64,000 bases of DNA from the human T2T-CHM13v2.0 reference genome, Homo sapiens: NCBI RefSeq assembly GCF_009914755.1, contig NC_060941.1, one strand, 5' to 3'. Both the position numbers and the translations under genes were made by a program. The notes beneath the pieces were generated by a model, which was not told where the DNA came from, made no database searches, and worked only from the letters and a program-made list of their open reading frames with translations. Positions 15,705 through 30,676 of the stretch are shown in pieces. Each line of letters opens with the position of its first letter. Position 1 is the stretch's first letter.

Positions 15705-16434
15705 CTACGATGCTCTAGAAGGCCTTATATGACCAGCAAAGACTACATCTCCTGGTCCCTGTGCAGCTGGGTAGGGCCTAGTGCCAACCTCTCAGCAATG
15801 GGATGAAACTGCAGTAGGTGGGTGCATCTTGCCCATCACTTGCCTAAGAGGAAATGCTGGACTTGAACTTGTTCACTGTACCTTCCCACTCCGCCTAGAA
15901 TGTCCACAGCCGGAGCAGCCCCAGAACACACAAGGAGGGGTTAACTCCTGGCTCCTGAATGACCGTGTGGAACAGAGCTGCCTTCTGTCCATCATATGTG
16001 CAGTGGGGCCTCCAAAGGTTTCAGAAGTGAGCGGCCCCGCTCTGCTGCCCTCTCATTTTCCTGCAGCTGGTTTTCATAAGTATTTGGACTTTTCTATCTC
16101 TATCAGATGTTAGTTATCAGCATGTTTTCCTCCATGTTTCTTCTAAGTTGCAGCTGCTTTAAATCTGCTGTAGGCTAGGAAATCAGACCATCAAGTTTCC
16201 TGGAACAGTGACTAAAGTAAACAGGTTCTGAGGGAGGCCTGAGAAGACCACTTGTGACAAAAGTGGGTGTGATTTAGCACATAGGTTCTGAGGTGTCCAG
16301 AGCTTCTCAGAGGCTGTTTTGACCTTATTCTTATTTCCTCTTGTTTTCCAGACTTTGGAGTTTGCTGAAATGTAACCTCAGAATAAGTGGGGTATGACTG
16401 CCCTCTCCTTTGAGGGAAAAGAAAAAGTATTTTC

Positions 16435-16720
<286 letters not shown>

Positions 16721-16828
16721 GTATTTTCATCCCTCCTTATTAACAGCGAAATTGTGACCCAAAGACAATACTCATCAAAATCCAACCAGTTTTTAGTGAT
16801 CTGAGAGTTTGTTTTAAAAAAATAATCC

Positions 16829-17232
<404 letters not shown>

Positions 17233-18019
17233 CTAGCTAGGACACTATTGAAGAAGAAAGTGAGAAATAAGATGGGAGGGGCTTGTCCTACCATAATAAA
17301 GAATTATTATTAGCAAAGACAGACAAAGAGACCATGGGGCTGCACAGAGGACCCAGAGGTGGGCCACATATTGATGGGAACTTGGACTGTGATGGAGGTG
17401 GTTTTACTACACATCAGCGGGAAAATAAGACACCAATTTGTACATAATACCAGAACAACTGGCTAACAGATGCAAAATATAAAACTAGATTCCTTCCTCA
17501 CATCGTACCCAAAGATAGACTCCGGATATATTTTTTAAAACTAAATATAAAAAGCCAAACTTTAAAACTTAAAAAAAATCTGCAAGCAAATACAACCATG
17601 AACTTGAAGGGGGTGGGTTTCTTAAATAAGATGAGAAGGACATATTTTATAAAGGAAAATGTTGATGAATTTGACTACCTTGAAATTTTAAACTTCTTTA
17701 TGATGAAAGGTACCATAAATATGAAAAGGCAAGATATTGGCAATTCAGTACAACTTGTTTGTGTCCAGAATACATCAATAAAAGAAGAACAATTCAAGAG
17801 AAACAGGAAATTCACAGAAGAGGAAACCGGAATTGTCATAAACAAATGAAAAATGCTCAACTTCCCTAGTAATTATGAGAATTCAAATCAAAATAAAGAC
17901 TTCATTTCACACTTATCAGATTGGCAAAAATTAAAAAGCCTAATAACACCATATTGGTAAAGATATGGGGAAATGAGAAGTCATAAGCGGCTGGTGGGAA
18001 TACAAATTGGTAGAAGCTT

Positions 18020-18452
<433 letters not shown>

Positions 18453-19338
18453 TGGCAGCGGCGGGCCGTCCGCCGCGCTGGGGCGCGGGCGGCGGTGGCA
18501 GGAGCGGCTGCTGGAGCAGCAGTGGCGGCGGGTACCCTGTGCCCGCGTCCCCGAGGCAACCGACTGCGCCGCCCCCACCCTCGCGCGGCCGGGCGGGACG
18601 TGCCTCCAGATCAGGGCCTCCGGACCCTGGCCCCGCGTCGCCGCTCTTGCCCGCTGCTGCCGCCAGGAGGCCGCTGGGAGGAGGCGAAGCTGGGGCCGCA
18701 TTCGGAAGCCCAGCGCCGTAAGGGAGAGGCGGCGCCTGCCCTACCAAAGGTGCGGAGTTCCTGCGCCTCCGGAGGAGGCTCTGCGCAGGGCCGCCCGGGG
18801 CAGCGTCCCTGGGGTCCACCCCTCATCGGGGTGACCGCGGGCCTGACACAACAGACGGCTGGGCCCTGGCCCACGATCCGCTCCCGGAGGCGCCCTGCCC
18901 CGGGCCGTGCGGCGAGCCGGGCGAGGGGAACTCCAGGCTGCCCCTGAGCGCCGGGGCCACGGGGCTAGGCTCGTGGAGAGGACGCCCCTGCCCCAGACCC
19001 GGCCCCGGCCCAGCGAGGACCAGGCGCCCCCGCCCCAGGCCGCGAGGGGTGCGGCTCGGGCATCACGCTTCACGTAGCAGGCGGGAGCCGGGAGCGGCAG
19101 CAGCCGCCCAAGTCCGGGCTGTGGACTCGGGCCCCTCTGCACTTTTGGGGGCCCAGGAAGGTGCTCGCCTTGTCCTTGCAGGCTTGGAGGTGCCTGTTCC
19201 CATTGCTTGGCCTCTGCTAGCTCCCGGCCCCCGCACGGATCTCGAAGTGGGGTTGGGGCCTAGCCCGAGGGCTGTCACACCCCCGCCTGGTGTGCGCATG
19301 CTAGGGGCAGTGCTGACACGCTCCACTGGTTTCAGATC
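18453..19338. promoter_or_regulatory. CpG island (orphan), embedded in an L1/DNA-transposon nest
   Basis: About 890 bp of very GC-rich, CpG-dense sequence with GC boxes and abrupt edges against AT-rich L1 sequence. Confidence 0.75.
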
Positions 19339-19421
19339 AACTTTGGAGAATTTGGCGATAGCTAGTTAAAGCCGAAGATGTGCATGCACTGTGATCTAGC
19401 AACCATATGCCTCGCAAAACA

Positions 19422-19793
<372 letters not shown>

Positions 19794-19994
19794 TTAGGAA
19801 AGGAACAAATAAATAAACAGGTTTATTCAAACAATGGGAAACTATGGAGCATTTAAAATTAACAAATCAGATCTACAATGTAATAACACGGGTAAATCTC
19901 AAAAATGAGTGAAAAAGCAAATTTCAAAGAGATTTACACAGTATGATAGTATATATGTACATATATTGTTAATGTATGTGTTATATTTGTGTAT

Positions 19995-20170
19995 GTAATC
20001 CCAACACTTTAGGAAGCTGAGGTGCGTGGATCACTTGAGACCAGGAATTCGAGACTAGCCTGGCCAACATGGTGAAACTCCATCTCTACTAAAAATATAA
20101 AAATTAGCCAGGCGTGGTGGCTTAGACCTGTAATCTCAGCTAATTTGGAGGCTGAGGCAAGAGGATCGCT
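19995..20170 (+). mobile_element. Alu fragment
   Basis: tgtaatccc…gaggatcgctt. Confidence 0.8.
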
Positions 20171-20440
20171 TCCTGGGCCCCCATATTTTATATACGTATG
20201 AAATATACATATTATCGATATGGTATTGTATACATTGATATATACCTCTGTAGTAAATGTGTATGTATGTATGTGTATATATACATGGTCAAGAAGGATC
20301 TACACTAACTTGAGACACTGGTTATCTATACAAGGGAAAATGGGAGGGCTTTAGATTTATCAGTTTTGGGGGTTTTTTTGTTTTGTTTTTTCGAAAAAAG
20401 AAATAGAAAGCAAATGTGGCAAAATGTTGACATTTGTTAA

Positions 20441-20805
<365 letters not shown>

Positions 20806-21023
20806 GGGTTTGTTATTAAAGGCAGTTTGGCTCTCAGTGCACCCCTTTCCCACGTGATGCCTTCTGACATGTTATGACATGAGGCCCTCCCCAGAGGCCA
20901 AGCAGATGCAGTCCCTTGACCTAGGACTTCCCAGCCTCTAGAATTGTAAGAAATAAATTCTTTTCTTTATAATTTACCCAGTCTCTGGTGTTCAGTTATA
21001 GCAATAGGAAACAGATGAAGACA
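20806..21023 (+). mobile_element. MST/MLT1A-type MaLR LTR 3' part
   Basis: ggacttcccagcctctagaattgtaagaaataaattc…ttatagcaa…agaca. Confidence 0.7.
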
Positions 21024-22330
21024 CTGTTTTCCACAGTGGCTGGAACATTTTACATTCCCTCCAACTGCACAAGGGCTTCACTTTCTTCACATTCTTGTCC
21101 ACACTTGTTATTTTCTGTTTTTGTTTTACAGTAGCCATTCTGATGGGTGTGAGGTGATATCTCATTGTGTGGCTTAAAAAAAAAAAACATTACTTTTATT
21201 GGAAACAAATAATGTGCCTCAAGATGTTGGCAACAAGTCATGATATAGACATATATTTCATACAGTGTGTTTCTCCCTTTAATTACATTCCAGCAGGAGG
21301 TGGAATACCTCCTTGGCTATGAGGAGCATAAGTATTTGATGGGTTGTGTAAGTTGGTCTCCTCATACTTGTACACACGCCAAGCATTTCCCCTCCAAAGT
21401 ATCATATTCAGAAAGACAAAGATCACAGATACATTTAGGAATCCCATGCTGGTCACAGAGCCAAAATAACACATTATTATGATTTCTTACAAGCAGAAGT
21501 TCCTGAACAATATTTTGACCAGTAGTTATTTTAATATCTGCAAGAGCTTTTGCCCAAGCGAGCTTTTGAAGTGCTCACCAATCGCAAAAGATGGCAACAA
21601 GAGTAATGACAAAGCCAATCATGGGAAGTTTATGACTACCCTGATATAGGTTCCTGTAACCAACATAAAGCACGACAGCAATGCAGTACAGGAAGACAGA
21701 GACTGCAAATGTAATGGAATTGTGCAGAAGCACAGTCATCTCCTAGGAGGACTTGACTTTCCAATTTATATCATACACATTAATACCTGGAGGTGACTGA
21801 AATGATGCCTGATTTAACCTGAATGGATAATCAGAAGTAGCTGTAATAGTTTCGTCAGTAACTGTAGGAGGACAATTCACTTGAATTTCTGTTTGCTCTT
21901 AAAAACCTCCACAGGTGGCAAAAGAGAAGATGGAAGCCATCTACTCCAGGCCCTTGAGGAAGCTGAGCGGCTCCCTGAGTAGGGTTGAGGTGGATCCAGA
22001 AGGCAACATCCTCTGGAAGGAAGGAGAGTCAGGATGGTGGGGGCCTCACTATGGTTTTGATTTGCGTTTCCCTAAAGATTAGTGATGTTGAACATCTTCC
22101 CAAGTGCTTATTGGCCGCTTGTTTATTTTCTTTGGAGAAATGCCTATTCAAGTCCTTTGCCCATTTTTGAATCAGGATTGATTTTCTATGGTCTAGCTGT
22201 AGTTCTTTATACACTGTGGATATTGATTCCTTATCAGAGCTATGATTTGAAAATATTTTCTCCCATTCTATAGGTTGCTTTTTTCACTCTGTTGATTATA
22301 CTCTTTGACACACCCATGGAGAAGATTTTA
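21024..22330 (-). mobile_element. L1M fragment hosting the SYPL1 retrocopy
   Basis: catttttacattccc…gccattctgatgggtgtgaggtgatatctcattgtg continues after the retrocopy as ggttttgatttgcgtttccct…ttggagaaatgcctattca. Confidence 0.8.
21176..22044 (-). pseudogene. SYPL1P2: Processed pseudogene of SYPL1 (synaptophysin-like 1/pantophysin, MARVEL-domain vesicle protein)
   Basis: ORF 21283-21474 (CYFGSVTSMGFLNVSVIFVFLNMILWRGNAW...APHSQGGIPPPAGM) matches the SYPL1 C-terminus. Similarity continues without introns up to the ATG at 22009 (…REPLSFLKGLE*, SIFSFATCGG, QTEIQVNCPP, YPFRLNQASFQ, KLPMIGFV, AWAKALADIK), with a premature TAG and frameshifts. AATAAA at 21195-21200 (minus). Degenerate TSD (ctcattgtg…/ctcactatgg…) lies in the host L1. 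The parent gene is confident; the P2 symbol is recalled, not verified. Confidence 0.92.
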
Positions 22331-22559
22331 AAGGGCAGGTAGAAGTCAGACAGTTTGAGCAGCAGCGTAGTGAAGAGAAGGCCTTTCAATCGAAGGAAAT
22401 AGTCTGTGCAAACACACAGAGGAGAGAACCGCAACATGCAGGTAGTTGGGTCTTGCTAGTACACTGGTGAGGGGTAGGAGGTGGGGACAGGTGAGACTGG
22501 AGGAACCACATGACAGAGGACGGTTCTAGGTCCGCCAAGTAGCAGGACTTCGTTCTAAG

Positions 22560-22895
22560 GTGGCACTACTCAAAAGAGTGGTCTGAGGACCCTGGCCCAG
22601 CACCCCCTACTAGGAGTTTGTTAAAAATGCAAATTCCGGCTGGGATCCTGGCTGATGCCTGTAATCCCAGCACGTTGCCGAGCTGAGGCGGGAGGATTGC
22701 TTGAGTCTAGGAGTTTGAGACCAGCCTGGGCAACACAGTGAGACCCCATCTCAATAAAAAAGGATAATTTAAAAAATGCAAATTCATGGAGGCCCAGTTT
22801 TGTCCTGCTGAATCAGAATCTCCGGGGTGGGGCCGGGGGATCCGGGTTTTAACCTGCCCCCGGGATTATTCTGAGGTTCAGTAGAGTTTAAGGGA
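22560..22895 (+). mobile_element. MER5A (hAT-Charlie) split by a FLAM (22638-22770)
   Basis: ttgttaaaaatgcaaattc…ctgaatcagaatctc; TSD aaaaatgcaaattc. Confidence 0.7.
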
Positions 22896-22899
22896 AGTG

Positions 22900-23900
22900 G
22901 AGGAACCGCCAAGGGGTCGGCTAAGGTTTTGGAAACATCCTTGGTGAGAAAGACGGCCCGGGTTGTTCTTCAGGCCGGGCACCCTGGGCTTGGCTGCGTC
23001 CCCATCCTCTTCCAGCCACCCCGTCCCCACACGACCCCGCCTGAGTTCTGGCCGCCTTCCGACCCCTCGGGGCCCGCCCTGCGCCCCAGCCTCCTCCCCG
23101 CCGTGGGGTCCGGGGTCAGGGGCGCGCGGCTGCAGTCAGGCCCACATTCCTCTTACTTCCCGCCATTGTCCTGGGTTCCTGTGGCCGCGTCTCCACACTC
23201 GCTCCCGGCCGCCCCACGGTCCCAGGGAGTGATGACTCATTTCCTTTCCTCCGCTGACATCATCGTGCCCCCAGCGTGGCCCGGCCGGGGCGGCGGCCTC
23301 CGCCCTCCCAGGTCTCCTCCCAGCCCCTCTCGGCGAGCGGGCGCAGGCGCGGTGCGGCCCTTCTCGGCCGGCAGGGGGCGCCGGAGCCCGCCGGGGCCTC
23401 TAGGGCCTCCCCAGCCACGGCCCGGGCCGGCGAAGAGGGAGGGGCAGAGAGCCGCCGCGGTCCCGCTCTCCCGGGGAGAGCCTGGCTGGGAGTCAGAGCT
23501 CTCACGGTAACGGATAGGGAAGCTGAGTTCCGAGCCTTGACCAAGGCAGCACAGCCCACCCTGAGAAGTGGGGGACTGGAATTCAGGACGCTCGGCCCCA
23601 GGCCCGTGGTTTCCCACAGACTTGCAGGTGTTAATCCTCCCGCACCCCCTGGTATGTATTTTCAGCACAAAGTCTGCAGACAATATTCCCCCGATTTCCA
23701 TCACTTGTGGGCCCTGAAGCGTGGTCGCCCCTGGAACCAGCAGGATCCGAGGGCCACTTGGGCTCCACCTGGGAAGCACGTGGAGCCTGCATTTATTGGG
23801 CGGCGCTGCCCCCGGCTGACCTGGCTGTGTCGGGAGATGCCCCTCACCCTCGCATCCACCCCGGCTTCCCAGCACCCACTGCTGGTCCTCAGGACCCGAC
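22900..23900. promoter_or_regulatory. CpG island (orphan promoter/enhancer candidate)
   Basis: High CpG density. AP-1 TGACTCA 23233-23239; CTCF-like GGCCGGCAGGGGGCGC 23366-23381; E-box CACGTG near 23778. Confidence 0.75.
23366..23383 (+). promoter_or_regulatory. CTCF-like core motif
   Basis: GGCCGGCAGGGGGCGCCG. Such matches can arise by chance in GC-rich DNA. Confidence 0.45.
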
Positions 23901-24360
23901 CCTGTCCCCTCTGCCTTCCCTGTCAGGTTTCAGGGAGGCAGAGGAACTCACTCAGCCTGAAAATTTCAGATATTTCATAAGACCTAGAGCCACGTAAGAG
24001 TGCGTCCCTTTAAGACACATGGAAGAAGTCATGCAAGGCCACACGGTGAGCTAGAGCTGAAATCATACCTGTCCTGCCTCAGACCTGTCACCTCTCATGC
24101 TGCCCAGATAATGAATGCAAAATGCTCCACCCAGTGTCTGACAGTAGTGTAAGCACTCAATGAATGGTAGTCATTGTCATTAGGAAGCTAGCTGCCTAAC
24201 TTCTCAGAGCCTCAGGCTTCTTCATCTGTAAAATGGACGCAGTAGTACGATACCTTATTGTGAGGATTAAATGAGCTCATGCATGGAAGGTACTTACAGC
24301 AGTGGTGTCCAGCAAGCATGCAACAGTCCACCAGCGCTTGGGCTCCATGAAAGGGGGGTT

Positions 24361-24695
24361 CTGTTGTCTGTTTCTTGTTTGTTTGTTTTGTTTTGTTTAG
24401 ACAGGGTCTTACTCTGTCGCCCAGGCTGGAGTGCAGTGGTGCGATCATGGCTTACTGCAGCCTTGACCTCCCCAGGCTCAAGAGATCCTCCCATCTCAGC
24501 CTCCCAAGTAGCTGGTACTACAGGCAAGTGCTACCATGTCTGGCTAATTTTTACATTTTTTGTAGAGACAGGGCTTCACCGTGTTGAATCCTGACCAGAC
24601 TGTCAGGCTCGTCTCAAACTCCTGGTCTCAAGCCATCCACCCGCCTCAGCTTCCCAAAGTGTTGGGATTACAGGAGTAAGCCACCGCACCCGGCC
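24361..24695 (-). mobile_element. AluJ
   Basis: Antisense Alu with TSD ctgttgt. Confidence 0.85.
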
Positions 24696-24924
24696 CCTGT
24701 TGTTGTCTTTTCTTCTTTAATTGACAAATAAAATCTTATATATTTATAATATACAACATGATGCTTTTATATATGTATACACTATGTGTGTCACTGGAAG
24801 GGCAAAGTGAAATTAATTAACATATATGCATTATTCTGCATACGTGTATGTGTGTTGTCTTTGTGTACTACTGTATCTTTAGCACCTAAAACAGTGTCTG
24901 GCACAAAGTAAGAACCCAGTAAGT

Positions 24925-24996
24925 GGAAAGAAGGAAGGGAGGGAGGGAGGAAGGAAGGAAGGGAGGAAGGAAGGAAGGAAGGAAGGAAGGAAGGAA
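24925..24996. repeat. (GGAA)n/(GGGA)n microsatellite
   Basis: Eight uninterrupted GGAA units at 24965-24996 plus interrupted units. Confidence 0.95.
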
Positions 24997-25385
24997 ACCA
25001 ACCTATTATTACTGCCTCAGCTGATTTTCCTCCAGGATTTAGGCCTGTCAGAGCAGCCCTGGTGGACCGTAGAGGAAGATTCCTGAGGGCCTGTTTGCTT
25101 GAGGGCTAGAGGGCTCCCTGGGAAGCAGTCATCCTGAGGAAAGAGAGTTGAAGCGCATAAGAGCATTTCAAGGACAGGGCGAGGAGAAAAGAGGCATTTG
25201 GGGTAGAGCCTCCTCGGTGTTCACAGGAGCACTGTGGAAAGCAGTGGACGATTTCAGGAAGATGCCAGAACAAGCATCATCACAGTTAATCAGTGGTAGC
25301 TTCAGGACAATCTGGTGGCCTTGCACCTGCTTTGGACACTGATAATTTGGTGGCTTTGGTTATTGGTTTTGCTTTTATTTGTTAA

Positions 25386-25601
<216 letters not shown>

Positions 25602-26015
25602 TGAGTCCTGGGGGGCATCCCTCAGAAGGCCGTGAGACACCTGCTGGGCCTTCCCAGGAAGGTCTGCAGGAACTGCTGGCACAGAGCCAGAGAAGCCAGT
25701 TACTGTGAGGTGGAGGGGGGGTCTCCCTATGTTGCCCAGGCTGGTCTTGAACTTCGGGCCTCAAGCAGTCCTCCTGCCTCAGCCTCCCACAGTGCTGGGA
25801 TGGCCTCCTTGTCGTTCCTCACCATGCCCTGCTCACTCCACCTTAGCACCTTTGCTGTTCCGTCCATCTGTAATCTCTCAGAAACAGCCAAGACTCACTT
25901 CCTCACTTTTTCAGATTTTATCTCAAGTGTCACCTACTCAGTGGGGCCCTCCCCACCCCACCCCATTGAACTCAGAAACCCTCACACCTCCTGACAGCCT
26001 GTCTGCCTTCTTTGA

Positions 26016-26439
<424 letters not shown>

Positions 26440-26879
26440 TGCCTTTGCATTTCATAAGCGAGACTCAGAGAAGGTGACTCCTGGAGAAATCCCCTTAGCC
26501 TCCTCTACCAGGATGGTTTTGGATTCCTCTCCAGCCAGGAGTTGGAACATAGTAGCCTGTGTCGTCTAAAATCATGAGGTCATACCCAGGTGCCTTCCCT
26601 TTGGTTCTTGACTTGCCCCCTATTCTTCATACTCACCTCCTGAATAATGTCCACGTAGTTATAAGATGAGGGGAGGGAGCCAGCTGGCTGTTCCCTCTGC
26701 CAGGAGCATCCTGCCTCCTTAAACTGCCTGGTCAGTACCTGCTTAAGGCCCCTGATCCTGCATCACCTTCTCTGAGAAGCCTTCCCTGACTACTCCCCTG
26801 CCCTGCCCTGTCCACCAGCCAGCCTGAGCTGACCACATTACTCCCAGGATGGATGCCTGTCAGGGCCCCCTTCCCTCTA

Positions 26880-27366
<487 letters not shown>

Positions 27367-27599
27367 AGGAGGAACGGTGGACAGAGGGAAAAAAGGAAGG
27401 GACTTATTAATTAATTTGCTCCTCACCTTCCGCACATTCGCTTGAAAGAGACCTGTTGCTTTAAATGCCACCCCCAAGGCTGGGAGTTTGTCAACCCCCA
27501 CAGAAGAGGAACGCTGGGCTGGGGCCAGCCCTACAGAGACTCATCGCCATTCCACCTCTGACCATAGCATCACACCCAGTTTCTGCTTGTTCTGTTTTT

Positions 27600-28920
<1,321 letters not shown>

Positions 28921-29070
28921 TTTGTGTTGTATGTTTTTGGCCAGCTATTCTGGTGGGCGGATTGTTCCATTTTTGACCACATGCTCCTTCCCCCTGGCAG
29001 TCTGCTCCAGCTCTGTTTCTGGTACATTCTGCAAAACCAACTTCTCTGGTTCTTGACTCTTGTCCTATAG

Positions 29071-29380
29071 TTCTTTTTGTTTTTGTTTTTAGAGGTGGGG
29101 CCTCACTCTGTTGCCCAGGTTGGAGTGCAGTGGCATGATCATAGCTCACTTCAGCCCTGACCTCCTAGGCTCAAGTGATCCTCTTGCCTGAGCCTTCTGA
29201 GTAGCTGGGACCACAGGCAGGCACCACCACTTCTGGCAAATTTTTTTTATTTTTATTTTTTTAGAGATGAGGTCTTGCTATGTTGCCCAGGCTGGTCTCA
29301 AACTCCCTGGCTCAAGCGATCCTCTAGCCTTGGCCTCCTGAGTAGCTGGGATTACAGGCATAAACCACCATGCCCTGTGC
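29071..29380 (-). mobile_element. AluJ
   Basis: Antisense Alu. Confidence 0.85.
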
Positions 29381-29624
29381 CTTGCAGTCTTGCTCTAGGG
29401 TTTGTCTTCAACCCTGCAGACCTGAGACAGGCCTCTCAGCTGCTCTCAAGAACGCCCTTCCATGAGAGGCATTCCAGCCTCAGGTGGCAGCTCCTGCAGG
29501 ATATGGACCCCGGGGATAAGGATGGGGAAGAGGATGAGGGTGTCGGGAGCTGTCTCCAAAGCCTGCGCAGGCCCTTCCCACAATCTCATCTTACTCATTT
29601 AGCCACTTTGTGGGCCCCCATCTT

Positions 29625-29937
29625 ATTATACTCAAAACGTTGGGTAGACATAAAGCTAAATATACGTGCTAAAACTATTAAACTCTTAGAAGAAAATAGA
29701 GGGGAAAATATTCACTAGATTAGGTTTGGAAGTCATTTTTTAGCTATGACATCCAAAGCATAAGCAACCCAAGAAACATTTGATAAATTGGACTTCATCA
29801 AAATTTAAAACTTTCATGCTTCAAGGGACACTGTGAAAAGAGTGAAAAGACAACCCACAGAATGGGAGAAAATATTTGCACATCATAAATCTGATAAAGG
29901 ACTTGTATTTAGAATAGAGAAAGAACACTTGGAACTT
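29625..29937 (+). mobile_element. L1M ORF2 fragment
   Basis: aaaactattaaactcttagaagaaaataga…aaagacaacccacagaatgggagaaaatatttgca. Confidence 0.8.
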
Positions 29938-30029
29938 ATATGTTAGTGCGAAAGTAACTGCGGTTTTGCCATTAAAAGTTTGCCATTACCTTTAACAGCA
30001 AAACCGCAATTACTTTTGCACTAATCTAG
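29938..30029. mobile_element. Made1 (Hsmar1-derived MITE) palindrome
   Basis: gttagtgcgaaagtaactgcggttttgcc…gcaaaaccgcaattacttttgcactaa inverted arms followed by TA. Confidence 0.88.
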
Positions 30030-30047
30030 TAATGTGATCTGATCAAA

Positions 30048-30188
30048 GCCACCAGAAGCTGGAGGAGGACTGTGGCCCTGCTGACACTTGGGTTTCAGGC
30101 TTGTAGCCTCCAGACCTGTGGGAGAATAAATGTCTTTTGTTTCAAGCCACGAAGTTTGTAGCAATGGCAGCCCTACGAAATGAATGCA
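30048..30188 (+). mobile_element. MLT1 LTR 3' fragment
   Basis: ccaccagaagctgga…ggccctgctgacac…gagaataaat. Confidence 0.65.
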
Positions 30189-30239
30189 GGAAATTACACT
30201 GATGTAGCAAAACGTTTGAAAGCCTGTTTCCCTAAGTAC

Positions 30240-30285
30240 GTGTGTGTGGGTGTGGGTGTGGGTGTGTGTGTGTGTGTGTGTGTGT
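30240..30285. repeat. (TG)n microsatellite
   Basis: Direct reading. Confidence 0.95.
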
Positions 30286-30389
30286 CCCTGTCCTTGCATG
30301 TGTGGCGGCTGCTGCCTTCCCCTCACTCCCAACTTCCACCATTCAAATAACCTCATCTACCTTTCAGCACTTTCCATAGAAACCCAGCC

Positions 30390-30676
30390 TGCCAGGCCTG
30401 GTGGCTCACACCTGTAATCCCAGCACTTTGGCCAAGGCAGGAGGAGCATTTGAGCCCAGGAGTTTGAGACCAGCCTGGGCAACACAGTGAGGCTGTCTCT
30501 ACAAAATATTTGAAAAATTAGCTGGGCCTAGTGGTGCATGCCTGTAGTCCCAGCTACTTGGCAGGAGGATCACTTGGGCCCAGGAGTTGGAGGCTGCAGT
30601 GAGCTGTGATTGTGCCACTGCACTCCAGCCTGGGTGACAGAGCAAGACCCCATCTCTGAAAAGAAGAAAAAGAAAC
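30390..30676 (+). mobile_element. AluJ
   Basis: TSD agaaacccagcc. Confidence 0.9.

Noticed and set aside
22929-23980. 193-234 aa ORFs over the 23-kb island
   Set aside because: Open on both strands, several with non-ATG starts, overlapping a MIR remnant, and with no recognisable domain.
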